The notes: generated by a model not told the origin, from the letters alone. Positions 48,686 to 56,984 are shown, counted from the first letter of the stretch. The stretch is 64,000 bases of DNA from Solirubrobacteraceae bacterium (GCA_039934455.1 JBDTMF010000001.1:12705-76704), one strand, 5' to 3'. Numbers and translations are program-made.

Positions 48686-49336
48686 ATGGGAGAACTGATC
48701 GATCTCGCACAGCGCAGGGAAGCCGTGCAGCGCCGCACAAGGGGGCGCGAGCCCGTGCGCGCGCAGCTGTTCTTCGATCTCGCCTGCCCGTTCACGTACC
48801 TCGCGACCGAGCGCGTCGAGCGCGCGTTCGCGCACGTCACCTGGACCGCGGCGTCGTCGGAGACGCTGCAACGGCGCTGCCTTGCCGACGACGCGGAGAC
48901 GGTCGACCGGGTCCGCAACGCGGCCGAGGCGCGCGCGTCCGCGCTGCGGCTGCCGCTCGTGTGGCCCGAGGGCTACCCGAAGATCGTGCCTGCGGCGATG
49001 CGCGCCGCGGCGTTCGCGGCGGACCAGGGCCGCGGCGGCGCGTTCGTGCTCGCGGCGGGCCGGCTCGCCTTCTGCGGCGGCTTCGACCTCGACGATCCCG
49101 AGCGGCTGGCGGAGGCGGCGGCCGCCGCCGGCATCCGCCTCGACGAGTGCCTGCGCGCGGCGGGCGACCCGCGGCGCGACGGGACGATGGAGGCCACGGG
49201 CCGTCGCCTGCTGGCGGCGGGGGCGGACCGGCTGCCGGTGCTGCGGATCGGCCGCTCGCTGTTCTGGGGCGAGCAGCGCGTAGGGGCGGCAGCCGCGGCG
49301 GTCCGCCAGTCGAGCCCCGCGCTCGCGCGCGGGTAG
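48686..49336 (+). CDS. DsbA-like thioredoxin-fold protein (2-hydroxychromene-2-carboxylate isomerase family-like)
   Basis: ATG 48686 behind GAAGGCGAAGGGG. ...AQLFFDLACPFTYLA...LPVLRIGRSLFWGEQR. Divergent from the HxlR gene. Confidence 0.7.
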   Translation: MGELIDLAQRREAVQRRTRGREPVRAQLFFDLACPFTYLATERVERAFAHVTWTAASSETLQRRCLADDAETVDRVRNAAEARASALRLPLVWPEGYPKIVPAAMRAAAFAADQGRGGAFVLAAGRLAFCGGFDLDDPERLAEAAAAAGIRLDECLRAAGDPRRDGTMEATGRRLLAAGADRLPVLRIGRSLFWGEQRVGAAAAAVRQSSPALARG

Positions 49337-49342
49337 CCGTGC

Positions 49343-49522
49343 CTACGGGCTGACGAGCCCCGCGAGGATCTGCGCGTTCATCGCGTCCACCGTGTCGGGA
49401 CGCTCGGCGTCGTCCTGCAGCGGAGCGAGCATGGACCAAGCGCGGTCGGACTCGTTGAGCAGCAGATCGAGCTCCGCGTACGGCGTGTGGCTCGACGGTG
49501 TGATGATCAGTTTGTCGTCCAT
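49343..49522 (-). CDS. Hypothetical small protein (59 aa)
   Basis: ATG 49522. MDDKLIITPSSHTPYAELDLLLNESDRAW.... GC3-biased codons. No motif recognised. Confidence 0.35.
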   Translation of the reverse strand: MDDKLIITPSSHTPYAELDLLLNESDRAWSMLAPLQDDAERPDTVDAMNAQILAGLVSP

Positions 49523-49603
49523 GCCACCGAAGCTAGACGCGCCACGCCCCAGGCGCACGAACTCGCGCGGTCGGACCCCCCGACCGGGGGGTAGATTCCG
49601 CCG

Positions 49604-51235
49604 ATGACCACGGAGATCACCAGTGAGTCCACCGCGGTGCACGGGGGCCGGCTGGTCGCCCGCCGCCTCGCCGCGCACGGCGTCACGAAGCTTTTCACGC
49701 TCTCGGGCGGCCACCTGTTCTCGGTCTACGACGGCTGCCGCGAGGAGGGCATCGACATCGTCGACGTGCGCCACGAGTCGGCTGCCGCGTTTGCGGCCGA
49801 GGGCTGGGCGAAGGTGACGCGCGAGCCGGGCGTGTGCGCGCTCACCGCGGGCCCCGGCGTGACCAACGGCATGAGCGCCCTCGGCTCCGCGCTCATGAAC
49901 CACTCGCCGATGCTCGTGCTCGGCGGGCGGGCGCCCGCGATGCGGTGGGGCCAGGGCTCGCTGCAGGAGATCGACCACGTCCCGTTCGTGCGGCCGCTCA
50001 CGCGCTTCGCCGCCACGGCCGGCTCGACCGCCGAGATCCCCGGGCTCGTCGACGAGGCGTGGTCGGCCGCGGTGCGCCCCCACTCGGGCCCCGCGTTCGT
50101 CGACCTACCGCTCGACCACGTCTTCATGGAGGCCGAGGGCGGTGAGGACCCCGCGCCCGTCGCGCCGGAGCGCGCGACCCCGGACCTCGCGCGCGCGCTC
50201 GCGGTGCTCGAGGAGGCGGAGCGCCCGGTGATCATGGCCGGCACCGACCTCTACTGGGGCCGGGGTGAGGGACCGCTGCGCGAGCTCGTCGAGGCGCGCC
50301 GGATCCCCGTCTTCCTCAATGGCCTCGCGCGCGGGTGCATCCCCGCCGACCACGAGCTCTTCTTCTCGCGCGCGCGCTCGACCGCGCTCAAGGGCGCCGA
50401 CGTCGCGCTCGTGGTCGGCGTGCCGATGGACTTCCGCCTGGGCTTCGGCAAGTCGTTCGGCGACGACACCGAGATCGTCGTGATCGACGTCGCCGAGCGC
50501 CAGCGCGCGCACCCGCGCGCGGTCGCGGACGAGCTCTACGGGGACCTGGGCGCGATCCTCTCCGGCCTCGCCGGCGGGCGCAGCGCCGACACCACCCGGT
50601 GGGTCGAGACGATCGCCGCCGCCGAGCAGGAGAAGCGAGCGTCCGAGCAGGAGCTGCGCGAGGACTCGCGGGCGCCGCTGCACCCGATGCGCCTCTACGC
50701 GGAGCTCGGCGAGGTGCTCGAGCGCAACGCGATCGTGATCGGCGACGGCGGCGACTTCGTCTCCTACGCCGGCCGCATGATCGACTCCTACGAGCCCGGC
50801 TGCTGGCTCGACCCGGGGCCGTACGGGTGCCTCGGCTCGGGCCCCGGCTACGCGCTCGCGGCGAAGCTCGCGCACCCAGACCGCCAGGTCGTGCTGCTGA
50901 TCGGCGACGGCGCGTTCGGCTTCTCGGGCATGGAGTACGACACGCTCGCTCGCCACGGCGTGAACGTCGTCGGTGTCATGGGCAACAACGGGATCTGGGC
51001 GCTCGAGAAGCACCCCATGGAGGCCATCTACGGCTACTCCGTCGCCGCCGAGCTGCGGCCGGAGACGCGCTATGACCGCATGGTCGAGGCGCTCGGCGGC
51101 CACGGCGCGCTCGTGCGCCGGCCGGGCGACCTGCGCGCGGCGCTCGTCACCGCGTTCGAGTCCGGCAAGCCGGCGCTGGTCAACGTGCTCACCGATCCCT
51201 CGGTGGCCTACCCGCGCTCCTCGAACCTGGCTTAA
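49604..51235 (+). CDS. Thiamine pyrophosphate-dependent enzyme (acetolactate synthase large subunit / oxalyl-CoA decarboxylase-like)
   Basis: [14 protein letters not shown]...[15 protein letters not shown]...[10 protein letters not shown]... and the C-terminal TPP motif [15 protein letters not shown]...NNG. Confidence 0.9.
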   Translation: MTTEITSESTAVHGGRLVARRLAAHGVTKLFTLSGGHLFSVYDGCREEGIDIVDVRHESAAAFAAEGWAKVTREPGVCALTAGPGVTNGMSALGSALMNHSPMLVLGGRAPAMRWGQGSLQEIDHVPFVRPLTRFAATAGSTAEIPGLVDEAWSAAVRPHSGPAFVDLPLDHVFMEAEGGEDPAPVAPERATPDLARALAVLEEAERPVIMAGTDLYWGRGEGPLRELVEARRIPVFLNGLARGCIPADHELFFSRARSTALKGADVALVVGVPMDFRLGFGKSFGDDTEIVVIDVAERQRAHPRAVADELYGDLGAILSGLAGGRSADTTRWVETIAAAEQEKRASEQELREDSRAPLHPMRLYAELGEVLERNAIVIGDGGDFVSYAGRMIDSYEPGCWLDPGPYGCLGSGPGYALAAKLAHPDRQVVLLIGDGAFGFSGMEYDTLARHGVNVVGVMGNNGIWALEKHPMEAIYGYSVAAELRPETRYDRMVEALGGHGALVRRPGDLRAALVTAFESGKPALVNVLTDPSVAYPRSSNLA

Positions 51236-51239
51236 ACGA

Positions 51240-51270
51240 GAAGCCGCCCGCGGCGGGGGCGGGCGGCTTC
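51240..51270. terminator. 12-bp GC hairpin (bidirectional terminator candidate) after the TPP-enzyme gene
   Basis: GAAGCCGCCCGC-ggcgggg-GCGGGCGGCTTC, perfect stem, followed by acgTTT on plus and preceded by the complement of TCGTTT on minus. Confidence 0.7.
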
Positions 51271-51312
51271 ACGTTTGGTCCCGTCAGGACGGGCAGGGGT
51301 ACGTGCCTTGGG

Positions 51313-51423
51313 GGACCTATTGGGTGGCCCGAGCGGCGGGAGGCGCCGTTGGTATTCGGCATCGCCCGGACCTATGCGTCAGCGGACGACGGCGGGAGGC
51401 ACGACCGCCCATGCTGACTCGCC
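51313..51423. repeat. Two degenerate ~55-nt tandem units sharing the boxes GGACCTAT and CGGCGGGAGGC
   Basis: GGACCTAT at 51313 and 51368. CGGCGGGAGGC at 51334 and 51390 (spacing 55/56 nt). Located in a 256-nt convergent intergenic region. Confidence 0.6.
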
Positions 51424-51473
51424 GATTCTCTGTCGTTCGTCCGGCAGACGACAATCGAACAAACGTCCAGAAA

Positions 51474-51489
51474 CCCCCCATGTGGGGGG
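51474..51489 (-). terminator. Hairpin terminator candidate for ppx
   Basis: On the minus strand ACCCCCCA-CA-TGGGGGGTTT lies directly after the ppx stop (51492). Confidence 0.6.
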
Positions 51490-51491
51490 TG

Positions 51492-52421
51492 TCAGTTGGA
51501 CGTCGTGGCGGATGCCAACTCAAGCGCCGCGCCCCAGAGGATGTCGCGGTCCGAGACCTCGACCTCCTGGAGGCCGAATGCGGCCAGCGTGCGGGTGAGG
51601 ACGACCACGCCCGCGACGATCGTCGGCGCCCGGTGAGGATCGAGCCCGGGCACCCGGCGGCGCTCCTTCAGCGGCAGCGCGGCGAGCCGCTCGAGCATCG
51701 CCTCGAGCGCCGGGAGCGAGAGCCGGTGGCCCTCGACGTCATCGGGCGCACGGCCGAGGTCGATGCCGGCGCACTGGGTCGCGGTGCCCGCGACCGCGAC
51801 CGCCGCGGTGACCCGCTCGCGCTCCGCCTCCGGCACCGCCTCGGCGAGCGCGGGGCCGGCATCGCCGCTGAGCGCCGCCAGCTCGTCGCGCGTGGGAGGG
51901 TCGGAGTGCAGGTGGCGCTCGGAGTGCCGGACGACGCCGACCTGGGTCGAGACGTGGAAGGCGACGTCGCCGCGCTCGCCGATCACGAGCTCGGTCGAGC
52001 CGCCGCCGATGTCGATCACGAGCAGGCGCTCTCCCGGCTCGGGCGTCCTCGCGGTGGTCGCGCCCAGGAACGTCAGCTGCGCCTCCTCGTCGCCGCTGAG
52101 GATGCGACCGGCGACCCCGGAGCGATCGCGCACCGCGGTCGCGAACTCGCCCCCGTTCGACGCGTCGCGCACGGCGGAGGTCATGACCGCGGTCGTCCTC
52201 GTCGCGCCGTGCTCGGCGATCGCGGCGGCGTACTCCTCGAGCACGGCGTACACGCGCTCGCGCGGCTCATCACCGAGCGCGCCGGTGGTCTCGACGCCCT
52301 CGCCCAGGCGCGTGACGACCGAGCGCCGCTCGACCTCGGTCACCGGTCCGCCGGAGCCGACGTCCGCGATGAGCAGGCGGGTCGAGTTCGAGCCGATGTC
52401 GACGACCGCGACGCGGGTCAA
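51492..52421 (-). CDS. ppx: Ppx/GppA-family exopolyphosphatase
   Basis: TTG 52421 (TTGA overlap with the upstream stop) gives (M)TRVAVVDIGSNSTRLLIADV...LVIDIGGGSTELV.... Confidence 0.85.
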   Translation of the reverse strand: MTRVAVVDIGSNSTRLLIADVGSGGPVTEVERRSVVTRLGEGVETTGALGDEPRERVYAVLEEYAAAIAEHGATRTTAVMTSAVRDASNGGEFATAVRDRSGVAGRILSGDEEAQLTFLGATTARTPEPGERLLVIDIGGGSTELVIGERGDVAFHVSTQVGVVRHSERHLHSDPPTRDELAALSGDAGPALAEAVPEAERERVTAAVAVAGTATQCAGIDLGRAPDDVEGHRLSLPALEAMLERLAALPLKERRRVPGLDPHRAPTIVAGVVVLTRTLAAFGLQEVEVSDRDILWGAALELASATTSN

Positions 52422-53341
52422 TTCGCCTGGTGCGGCATCGGCTCGCCGTCGAGCGCCGCCAGCAGGTTGTCCACGGCGATCTCGGTCATGCGATGGCGCG
52501 TGCGCACGGTGGCGGAGCCGACGTGCGGGACGACGAGCAGGTTCGGCGCCTGCAGCAGCGGGTGGTCGGCCGGCAGCGGCTCTGGCTCGGTGACGTCGAG
52601 CGCCGCGCCGGCGATCGCGCGCTCGTGCAGCGCCCGCTCGAGCGCGGCCGGGTCGACGATCGGGCCCCGCGCCGTGTTGATCAAGCGCGCGGTCGGCTTC
52701 ATGCGCGCGAGCGCCTCGTCGTCGATGAGATGGCGCGTGTGGTTCGTGAGCGGACAGTGGATCGAGACGAAGTCCGAGCGCTCGAGCAGCTCGTCGAGCG
52801 GCACGCCGCCCGAGCGCGCGCTGTGCAGGACCTCCATGCCGAAGCCCTCGGCCCGCCGCGCGACCGCCTGCCCGATGCGCCCGAAGCCGATGATCCCGAG
52901 TGTCGCCCCGGTGACCTCCGCGCCGAGCGCGCGATCGGGCTCGAACGTGATCCACTGACCGTCGCGCACGTCGCGCTCGCCCTCCGCGAGCCGCCGCGCC
53001 AGCGCGAGCAGGAGCGCGAACGCGAGGTCGGCCGTGGCGTCGGTCAGGACGTCGGGGGTGTTGCCGACGGGAATGCCGCGCCTGGTCGCCGCGTCGAGGT
53101 CGACGTTGTCGGTGCCGACCGCGTAGTTGGAGATCGCCCGCAGCGCGGGCGCTGCCGCCAGCAGCTCCTCGTCGACGGTGTCGGTGAGCAGCGCCAGCAG
53201 CGCCTCGGCCCGCGCGGCGCGCTCGCGCAGCTCCTCCGCGGTCGGGGGCAGCCGGTGCGGCCAGACCTCCACGTCGTGGGCCTGCTCGAGCTTGTCGAGG
53301 GCGGGACCGGGGATCCGGCGGGTGACGAAACAGCGCGCCAT
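52418..53341 (-). CDS. D-isomer-specific 2-hydroxyacid dehydrogenase (glyoxylate/hydroxypyruvate reductase-like)
   Basis: ...ISNYAVGTDNVDLDAA...ATLGIIGFGRIGQAVARR (NAD fold)...LINTARGPIVD...HVGSAT. Confidence 0.9.
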   Translation of the reverse strand: MARCFVTRRIPGPALDKLEQAHDVEVWPHRLPPTAEELRERAARAEALLALLTDTVDEELLAAAPALRAISNYAVGTDNVDLDAATRRGIPVGNTPDVLTDATADLAFALLLALARRLAEGERDVRDGQWITFEPDRALGAEVTGATLGIIGFGRIGQAVARRAEGFGMEVLHSARSGGVPLDELLERSDFVSIHCPLTNHTRHLIDDEALARMKPTARLINTARGPIVDPAALERALHERAIAGAALDVTEPEPLPADHPLLQAPNLLVVPHVGSATVRTRHRMTEIAVDNLLAALDGEPMPHQAN

Positions 53342-53376
53342 TGCGAGCGCCGCATTGTGGTGGTTAGGGTTGCCGC

Positions 53377-53799
53377 ATGTCAGCCAGACTCACGCTCACG
53401 CTCCTCGTCGCCGGCCTGCTCCTCCTGCCGTCGTCCGCAGCCGCCGCCACCAAGCACGGCATCACGCCACTCGCGCCGAAGGCCGGCAAGTCCGTGCCCG
53501 CCGGTAAGAGGCCCACGTTCAAGCTCCGCGGGAAGGGCCCCGGGCAGGTGTGGGTCCACGTCTGCAAGTCCAGGAAGAAGGACAAGACGGGCCTGATCTG
53601 CACCAAGGAGGCGATCGGTCGCGCCCACAAGAAGGGCGGCGTGTTCAAGTTCAAGGCGCCGTTCTTCGACTTCCCGGCGTTCTGGCTCAACTCGCCCGGC
53701 ACCTACTACTGGCAGGCGCACCGCATCAGCTGCGAGGGCGACCTCTCCGACTGCCGCCAGGAGGGGCCGATCGTGAAGTTCAAGGTGGCCGGCGGCTGA
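53377..53799 (+). CDS. Hypothetical secreted protein
   Basis: Signal peptide MSARLTLTLLVAGLLLLPSSAAAA. Lys-rich mature part with 4 Cys. Confidence 0.6.
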   Translation: MSARLTLTLLVAGLLLLPSSAAAATKHGITPLAPKAGKSVPAGKRPTFKLRGKGPGQVWVHVCKSRKKDKTGLICTKEAIGRAHKKGGVFKFKAPFFDFPAFWLNSPGTYYWQAHRISCEGDLSDCRQEGPIVKFKVAGG

Positions 53800-53803
53800 G
53801 CCG

Positions 53804-54145
53804 GTGACTCGCCGGCCCGTGCGCGTCGGCTGCGCGGGCCGGCAGTACCCGAGCTGGAGGGCGACCTTCTGCCCGCCGCGCCTACCGGCGCGGCGGTGGC
53901 TCGAGCACTACGCGACGCGGTTCGGCACCGTCGAAATCAACGCGACCTTCGACCGGCTCGCGAAGCCCTCGGCGGTCGACGGCTGAGTCCACCACACGCC
54001 GCACGACGTCGTCTTCGCGGTCAAGGCGAGCCGCTCCCTCACGCACACCAAGCGCCTGACGGACATGGACCGCGGGGTCGCGCGCTGCTACGAGTCGATC
54101 GCCCCGTGGCCGAGTCACCGAAGCTCGGGCCGGTCCTGTGCAAAA
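53804..54145 (+). pseudogene. DUF72 (UPF0759) family gene remnant: in-frame TGA, frameshift, 3' truncation
   Basis: VRVGCAGRQYPSWRATF...LEHYATRFGTVEINATFDRL...AVDG-TGA(53984)-VHHTPHDVVFAVKASRSLTHTKRL. KLGPVL then appears in another frame, and the rest of the family sequence is absent. Confidence 0.7.
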
Positions 54146-54198
54146 GCTCGTCGCGAGGGTTGAGAGCCCGGAGACCCTTGGTAAGATGCAAGGCACGC

Positions 54199-54272
<74 letters not shown>

Positions 54273-54276
54273 TCGG

Positions 54277-54300
54277 AAGCCCCCTCTCGCCAGGGGGCTT
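54277..54300 (+). terminator. Hairpin terminator after tRNA-fMet
   Basis: AAGCCCCCT-ctcgcc-AGGGGGCTT followed by TCGTGCTT. Confidence 0.7.
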
Positions 54301-54434
54301 TCGTGCTTAACGGGTCAGTGTTCGCCCCTGGCCCGTGCTACCAGCGCGCTACCAAGTTGCACCGCTGTCGTTCGAACCCGGTTCGGGCGATCGCTCGCCA
54401 AGCGGCCTTCAGCCCCGCCGTCGGTGTGGATGCC

Positions 54435-54560
54435 TCACGCGTGTCCGAGACGGACGGCGGGCAGGACGCGGTCAAGTGGCTTGGGCAGCCACCACGCCCA
54501 CTTGCCGAGCAGGCTCAGCATCACCGGGACCAGCAGCGCAAGTCCCGCGCGCCGGTGCTG
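54435..54560 (-). pseudogene. C-terminal fragment of an MMPL-family transporter gene
   Basis: ...RAGLALLVPVMLSLLGKWAWWLPKPLDRVLP... then stop at 54435. This is the characteristic extreme C-terminus of MMPL/RND-like transporters. No upstream body (the cupin gene occupies it). Confidence 0.5.
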
Positions 54561-54609
54561 CCCGCGGCCCACGCCGCCGCCTGACCACTTCAACCCAGGA
54601 GAGACCACC

Positions 54610-55014
54610 ATGCAGCTCACCCGAAACGCCCTCGAGACCACCCCCGGCCCGGGCGACTGGTTCACCGGCGCCGTGTTCATCGACACCGTCGCGACGCCCT
54701 CGCCTCCCTCGCGGGTGGGGGCCGCCAGCGTGCACTTCACGCCCGGCGCCCGCACCGCGTGGCACACCCATCCGTTCGGCCAGACGATCTACGTCACCGA
54801 GGGCGTCGGGCGCTGCCAGAAGCGCGGCGGGCCGGTCGAGGTCATCCGCCCCGGCGACCGTGTGTTCTTCGAGCCCGGCGAGGACCACTGGCACGGCGCC
54901 GCCCCGGACCGCTTCATGACCCACCTCGCGATGCAGGAGGCCGACGACTCGGGCAGCCCGGTCACGTGGGGCGAGCACGTCAGCGACGAGGAGTACGGGG
55001 CCGCCTCGGCCTGA
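54610..55014 (+). CDS. Cupin domain protein
   Basis: ATG 54610 behind CAGGAGAGA. ...VHFTPGARTAWHTHPFGQTIYVTEG...GEDHWHGA. Confidence 0.8.
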   Translation: MQLTRNALETTPGPGDWFTGAVFIDTVATPSPPSRVGAASVHFTPGARTAWHTHPFGQTIYVTEGVGRCQKRGGPVEVIRPGDRVFFEPGEDHWHGAAPDRFMTHLAMQEADDSGSPVTWGEHVSDEEYGAASA

Positions 55015-55043
55015 GCGGTCGATCCGGCGCGTAGCCTGGCGAC

Positions 55044-55325
55044 GTGCCCGACCCGTTCCGCGACGCTCGCTGGTACGCCCTGCGCCCGGCGGCGAACCGC
55101 AAGCCGAGCACCTACCGCTGCCCGCTGTGCGGGCGGCGTCTCCCCGCGCTGAGCGCGCACATGCTCGTCGTCCCCGAGGGGGACGCCTCGCGGCGCCGCC
55201 ACGCCCACTCAGCCTGCGTGATGCAGGCCCGGAGGGCCGGGCGGCTGCCGCTGCGCGAGGACGTCGAGCCGAGCCGGCCCGGGCTGCTCGCACGACTCGT
55301 CGGCCGATTGCGCCGGGGTGCGTGA
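55044..55325 (+). CDS. Hypothetical small Cys/His protein
   Basis: ...YRCPLCGRRLPALSAHMLVVPEGD...RRHAHSACV. 93 aa, GTG start. Confidence 0.5.
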   Translation: MPDPFRDARWYALRPAANRKPSTYRCPLCGRRLPALSAHMLVVPEGDASRRRHAHSACVMQARRAGRLPLREDVEPSRPGLLARLVGRLRRGA

Positions 55326-55345
55326 CCAGCGGCTACGCTCGCGCA

Positions 55346-56080
55346 ATGGCGTCCTCCGCCGGCAACCGGGCCCTCCGCGTGGTCGCAGGCGGGCGGATCG
55401 ACGCCGAGGCGGTGGTCGCCGAGGCCCGAGAGCTGGGTGTCATGGGCTGGGTGCGGCCGACGGGAGAGGTCCATGCCGAGGGGGCGCCCGGCGCGGTGGA
55501 GGCGCTGCTGGCGTTCATCGGCGACGGCGGTCCGGCCGAGCAGGCGCGCGTCGAGGGTCACGAGCAGTTCGCGATCCGCGGCGTGAGCGCCGGGGTGTTC
55601 GTCGTCCAGGAGCATCAGGCGACCGCCCACCACTACGACCTGCGCCTGGAGGTCGGCGGCGTGATGCGGTCATGGGCGGTGCCCAAGGGGCCGTCGCTCG
55701 ATCCCGCCGCCAAGCGCCTGGCCGTCGAGGTCGAGGATCACGGCCTGGGCCACAACGACTTCGAGGGCGCGCTCGGCGAGCGACGCGGTGGTGAGCGCAG
55801 TGGCGGCGTGATCGTGTGGGATCGCGGCACCTACGAGCAGGGCGGCCGCGTCGCCTGGCCGGAGGCGCTCGAGCGCGGCCACGGCGTCTTCGTCCTGCAC
55901 GGCGAGAAGCTGCGCGGCGGCTTCGCGCTCCAGCGCACGCGACCGGGCGCCAAGCCGCAATGGCTGCTGATCAAGCGCCGCGACGACGAGGCACGGTCAG
56001 GCTCGGACATCGTCGTCGAGCGGCCAGAGTCGGTCATGAGCGGCCGGACGCTGGTGGAGCTGCTCGGCTCTCCGCGGTGA
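55346..56080 (+). CDS. Acylphosphatase-like N-terminal domain fused to a LigD-type 3'-phosphoesterase domain
   Basis: N-terminus ...ARELGVMGWVRPTGEVHAEGAPGAVEALLAFI.... C-terminus FVVQEHQATAHHYDLRLEVGGVMRSWAVPKGPSLDPAAKRLAVEVEDHGLGHNDFEG...FVLHGEKLRGGFAL.... Confidence 0.75.
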   Translation: MASSAGNRALRVVAGGRIDAEAVVAEARELGVMGWVRPTGEVHAEGAPGAVEALLAFIGDGGPAEQARVEGHEQFAIRGVSAGVFVVQEHQATAHHYDLRLEVGGVMRSWAVPKGPSLDPAAKRLAVEVEDHGLGHNDFEGALGERRGGERSGGVIVWDRGTYEQGGRVAWPEALERGHGVFVLHGEKLRGGFALQRTRPGAKPQWLLIKRRDDEARSGSDIVVERPESVMSGRTLVELLGSPR

Positions 56081-56210
56081 CCGCGAACGTGGTGTACCGC
56101 AGGGTGAAGCTGCCCCCGCCGCATCGATCACGGCGCCGATGCCCGCCGGCAGCTCCTCCAGCTCGGCCGGCGGGAGCCGGTTGTGGCCCTCGAAGTTCGG
56201 GAGATCGCGG

Positions 56211-56984
56211 TCAGCCTCCGGCGGCGCGGGCGCGGATGATGGCCGAGCCGGCGTGCGCGTGCACGCGGTGGGTCGGACGGATCTCGACGTCGACCAGGCC
56301 CGCCGCGGCCAGCGCGGCGCGGAACTCGGCTTCGGTCAGCGCGCCGGCGATGCAGCCGGTCCACTCCTGCATGTCGGAGCGGGTGTCGTCGTCCATGTCG
56401 TCGTCGGCGATGACATCGGAGACGGCGAACCGCCCGCCCGGCTTCAGCACGCGCGCGGCCTCGGCGAGCACGACGCGCTTGTCGGCGGCGAGGTTGATCA
56501 CGCAGTTGGAGATCACGACGTCGACCGACGCGTCAGGGAGCGGAATGTCCTCGAGATAGCCCTTGAGGAACTCGGCGTTCTCGACGCCGGCCGCGGCGGC
56601 GGTGGCGCGGGCGAGCGCGAGCATCTCGTCGGTCATGTCGAGGCCGATCGCGCGGCCGCCGGGGGCGACACGGCCCGCGCTGATGAGCACGTCGGCGCCG
56701 GCACCCGACCCGAGGTCGAGGACGGTCTCGCCCGGGCGCAGGTCGGCGACGGCGGTCGGGACGCCGCAGCCGAGCGACGCCGCGACCGCCGCCTGGGGCG
56801 CGTCGCCCGCCTCGGCGCCGTAGAGCGCGGAGCCGAACTCCTCGGTGGAGATGTCAGCCTGTCCGCAGCACGAGCGCTCGGGCTCGGACCCGCAGCAACC
56901 ACCGCCCTCGCTCGCCTTTCGGGCGGCGGCGGCGTAGCGCTCGCGGACGGTCTCGCGGATGTCGGACGAGGTCACTTCAGCCAT
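56211..56984 (-). CDS. arsM: Arsenite S-adenosylmethionine methyltransferase
   Basis: ATG 56984. ...[15 protein letters not shown]...SLGCGVP...[12 protein letters not shown]...[12 protein letters not shown]...WTGCIAGA. Confidence 0.85.
   Translation of the reverse strand: MAEVTSSDIRETVRERYAAAARKASEGGGCCGSEPERSCCGQADISTEEFGSALYGAEAGDAPQAAVAASLGCGVPTAVADLRPGETVLDLGSGAGADVLISAGRVAPGGRAIGLDMTDEMLALARATAAAAGVENAEFLKGYLEDIPLPDASVDVVISNCVINLAADKRVVLAEAARVLKPGGRFAVSDVIADDDMDDDTRSDMQEWTGCIAGALTEAEFRAALAAAGLVDVEIRPTHRVHAHAGSAIIRARAAGG

Noticed and set aside
38222-48690. The mce block as a genomic island integrated at tRNA-Leu.
   Set aside because: The mce genes have the same extreme GC3 bias as the core genes. 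There is no integrase. I found no repeat of the tRNA-Leu 3' end near 47805-48690 by eye. A computational repeat search would be needed to reopen this.
51275-51598. ORFs 51275..51598 (+) and 51317..51523 (-) as small proteins in the convergent gap.
   Set aside because: They have no SD-plus-start context, no GC3 periodicity, and Arg/Gly/Pro-rich products. The plus ORF runs into ppx antisense. The region is treated as non-coding (see the sRNA finding).
53984-53986. In-frame TGA in the DUF72 ORF as selenocysteine or programmed readthrough.
   Set aside because: The aligned family position is Trp (TGG to TGA is a single transition). I see no hairpin resembling a bacterial SECIS immediately downstream. 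The gene has further lesions (frameshift, truncation), so decay is the simpler reading.
56081-56210. Coding-looking minus-strand stretch after arsM (…DLPNFEGHNRLPPAELEELPAGIGAVIDAAG…) as a gene or gene remnant.
   Set aside because: There is no start codon. It is only ~40 codons before entering LigD-PE antisense, and I can name no family motif. It may be a remnant, but I cannot support a call.
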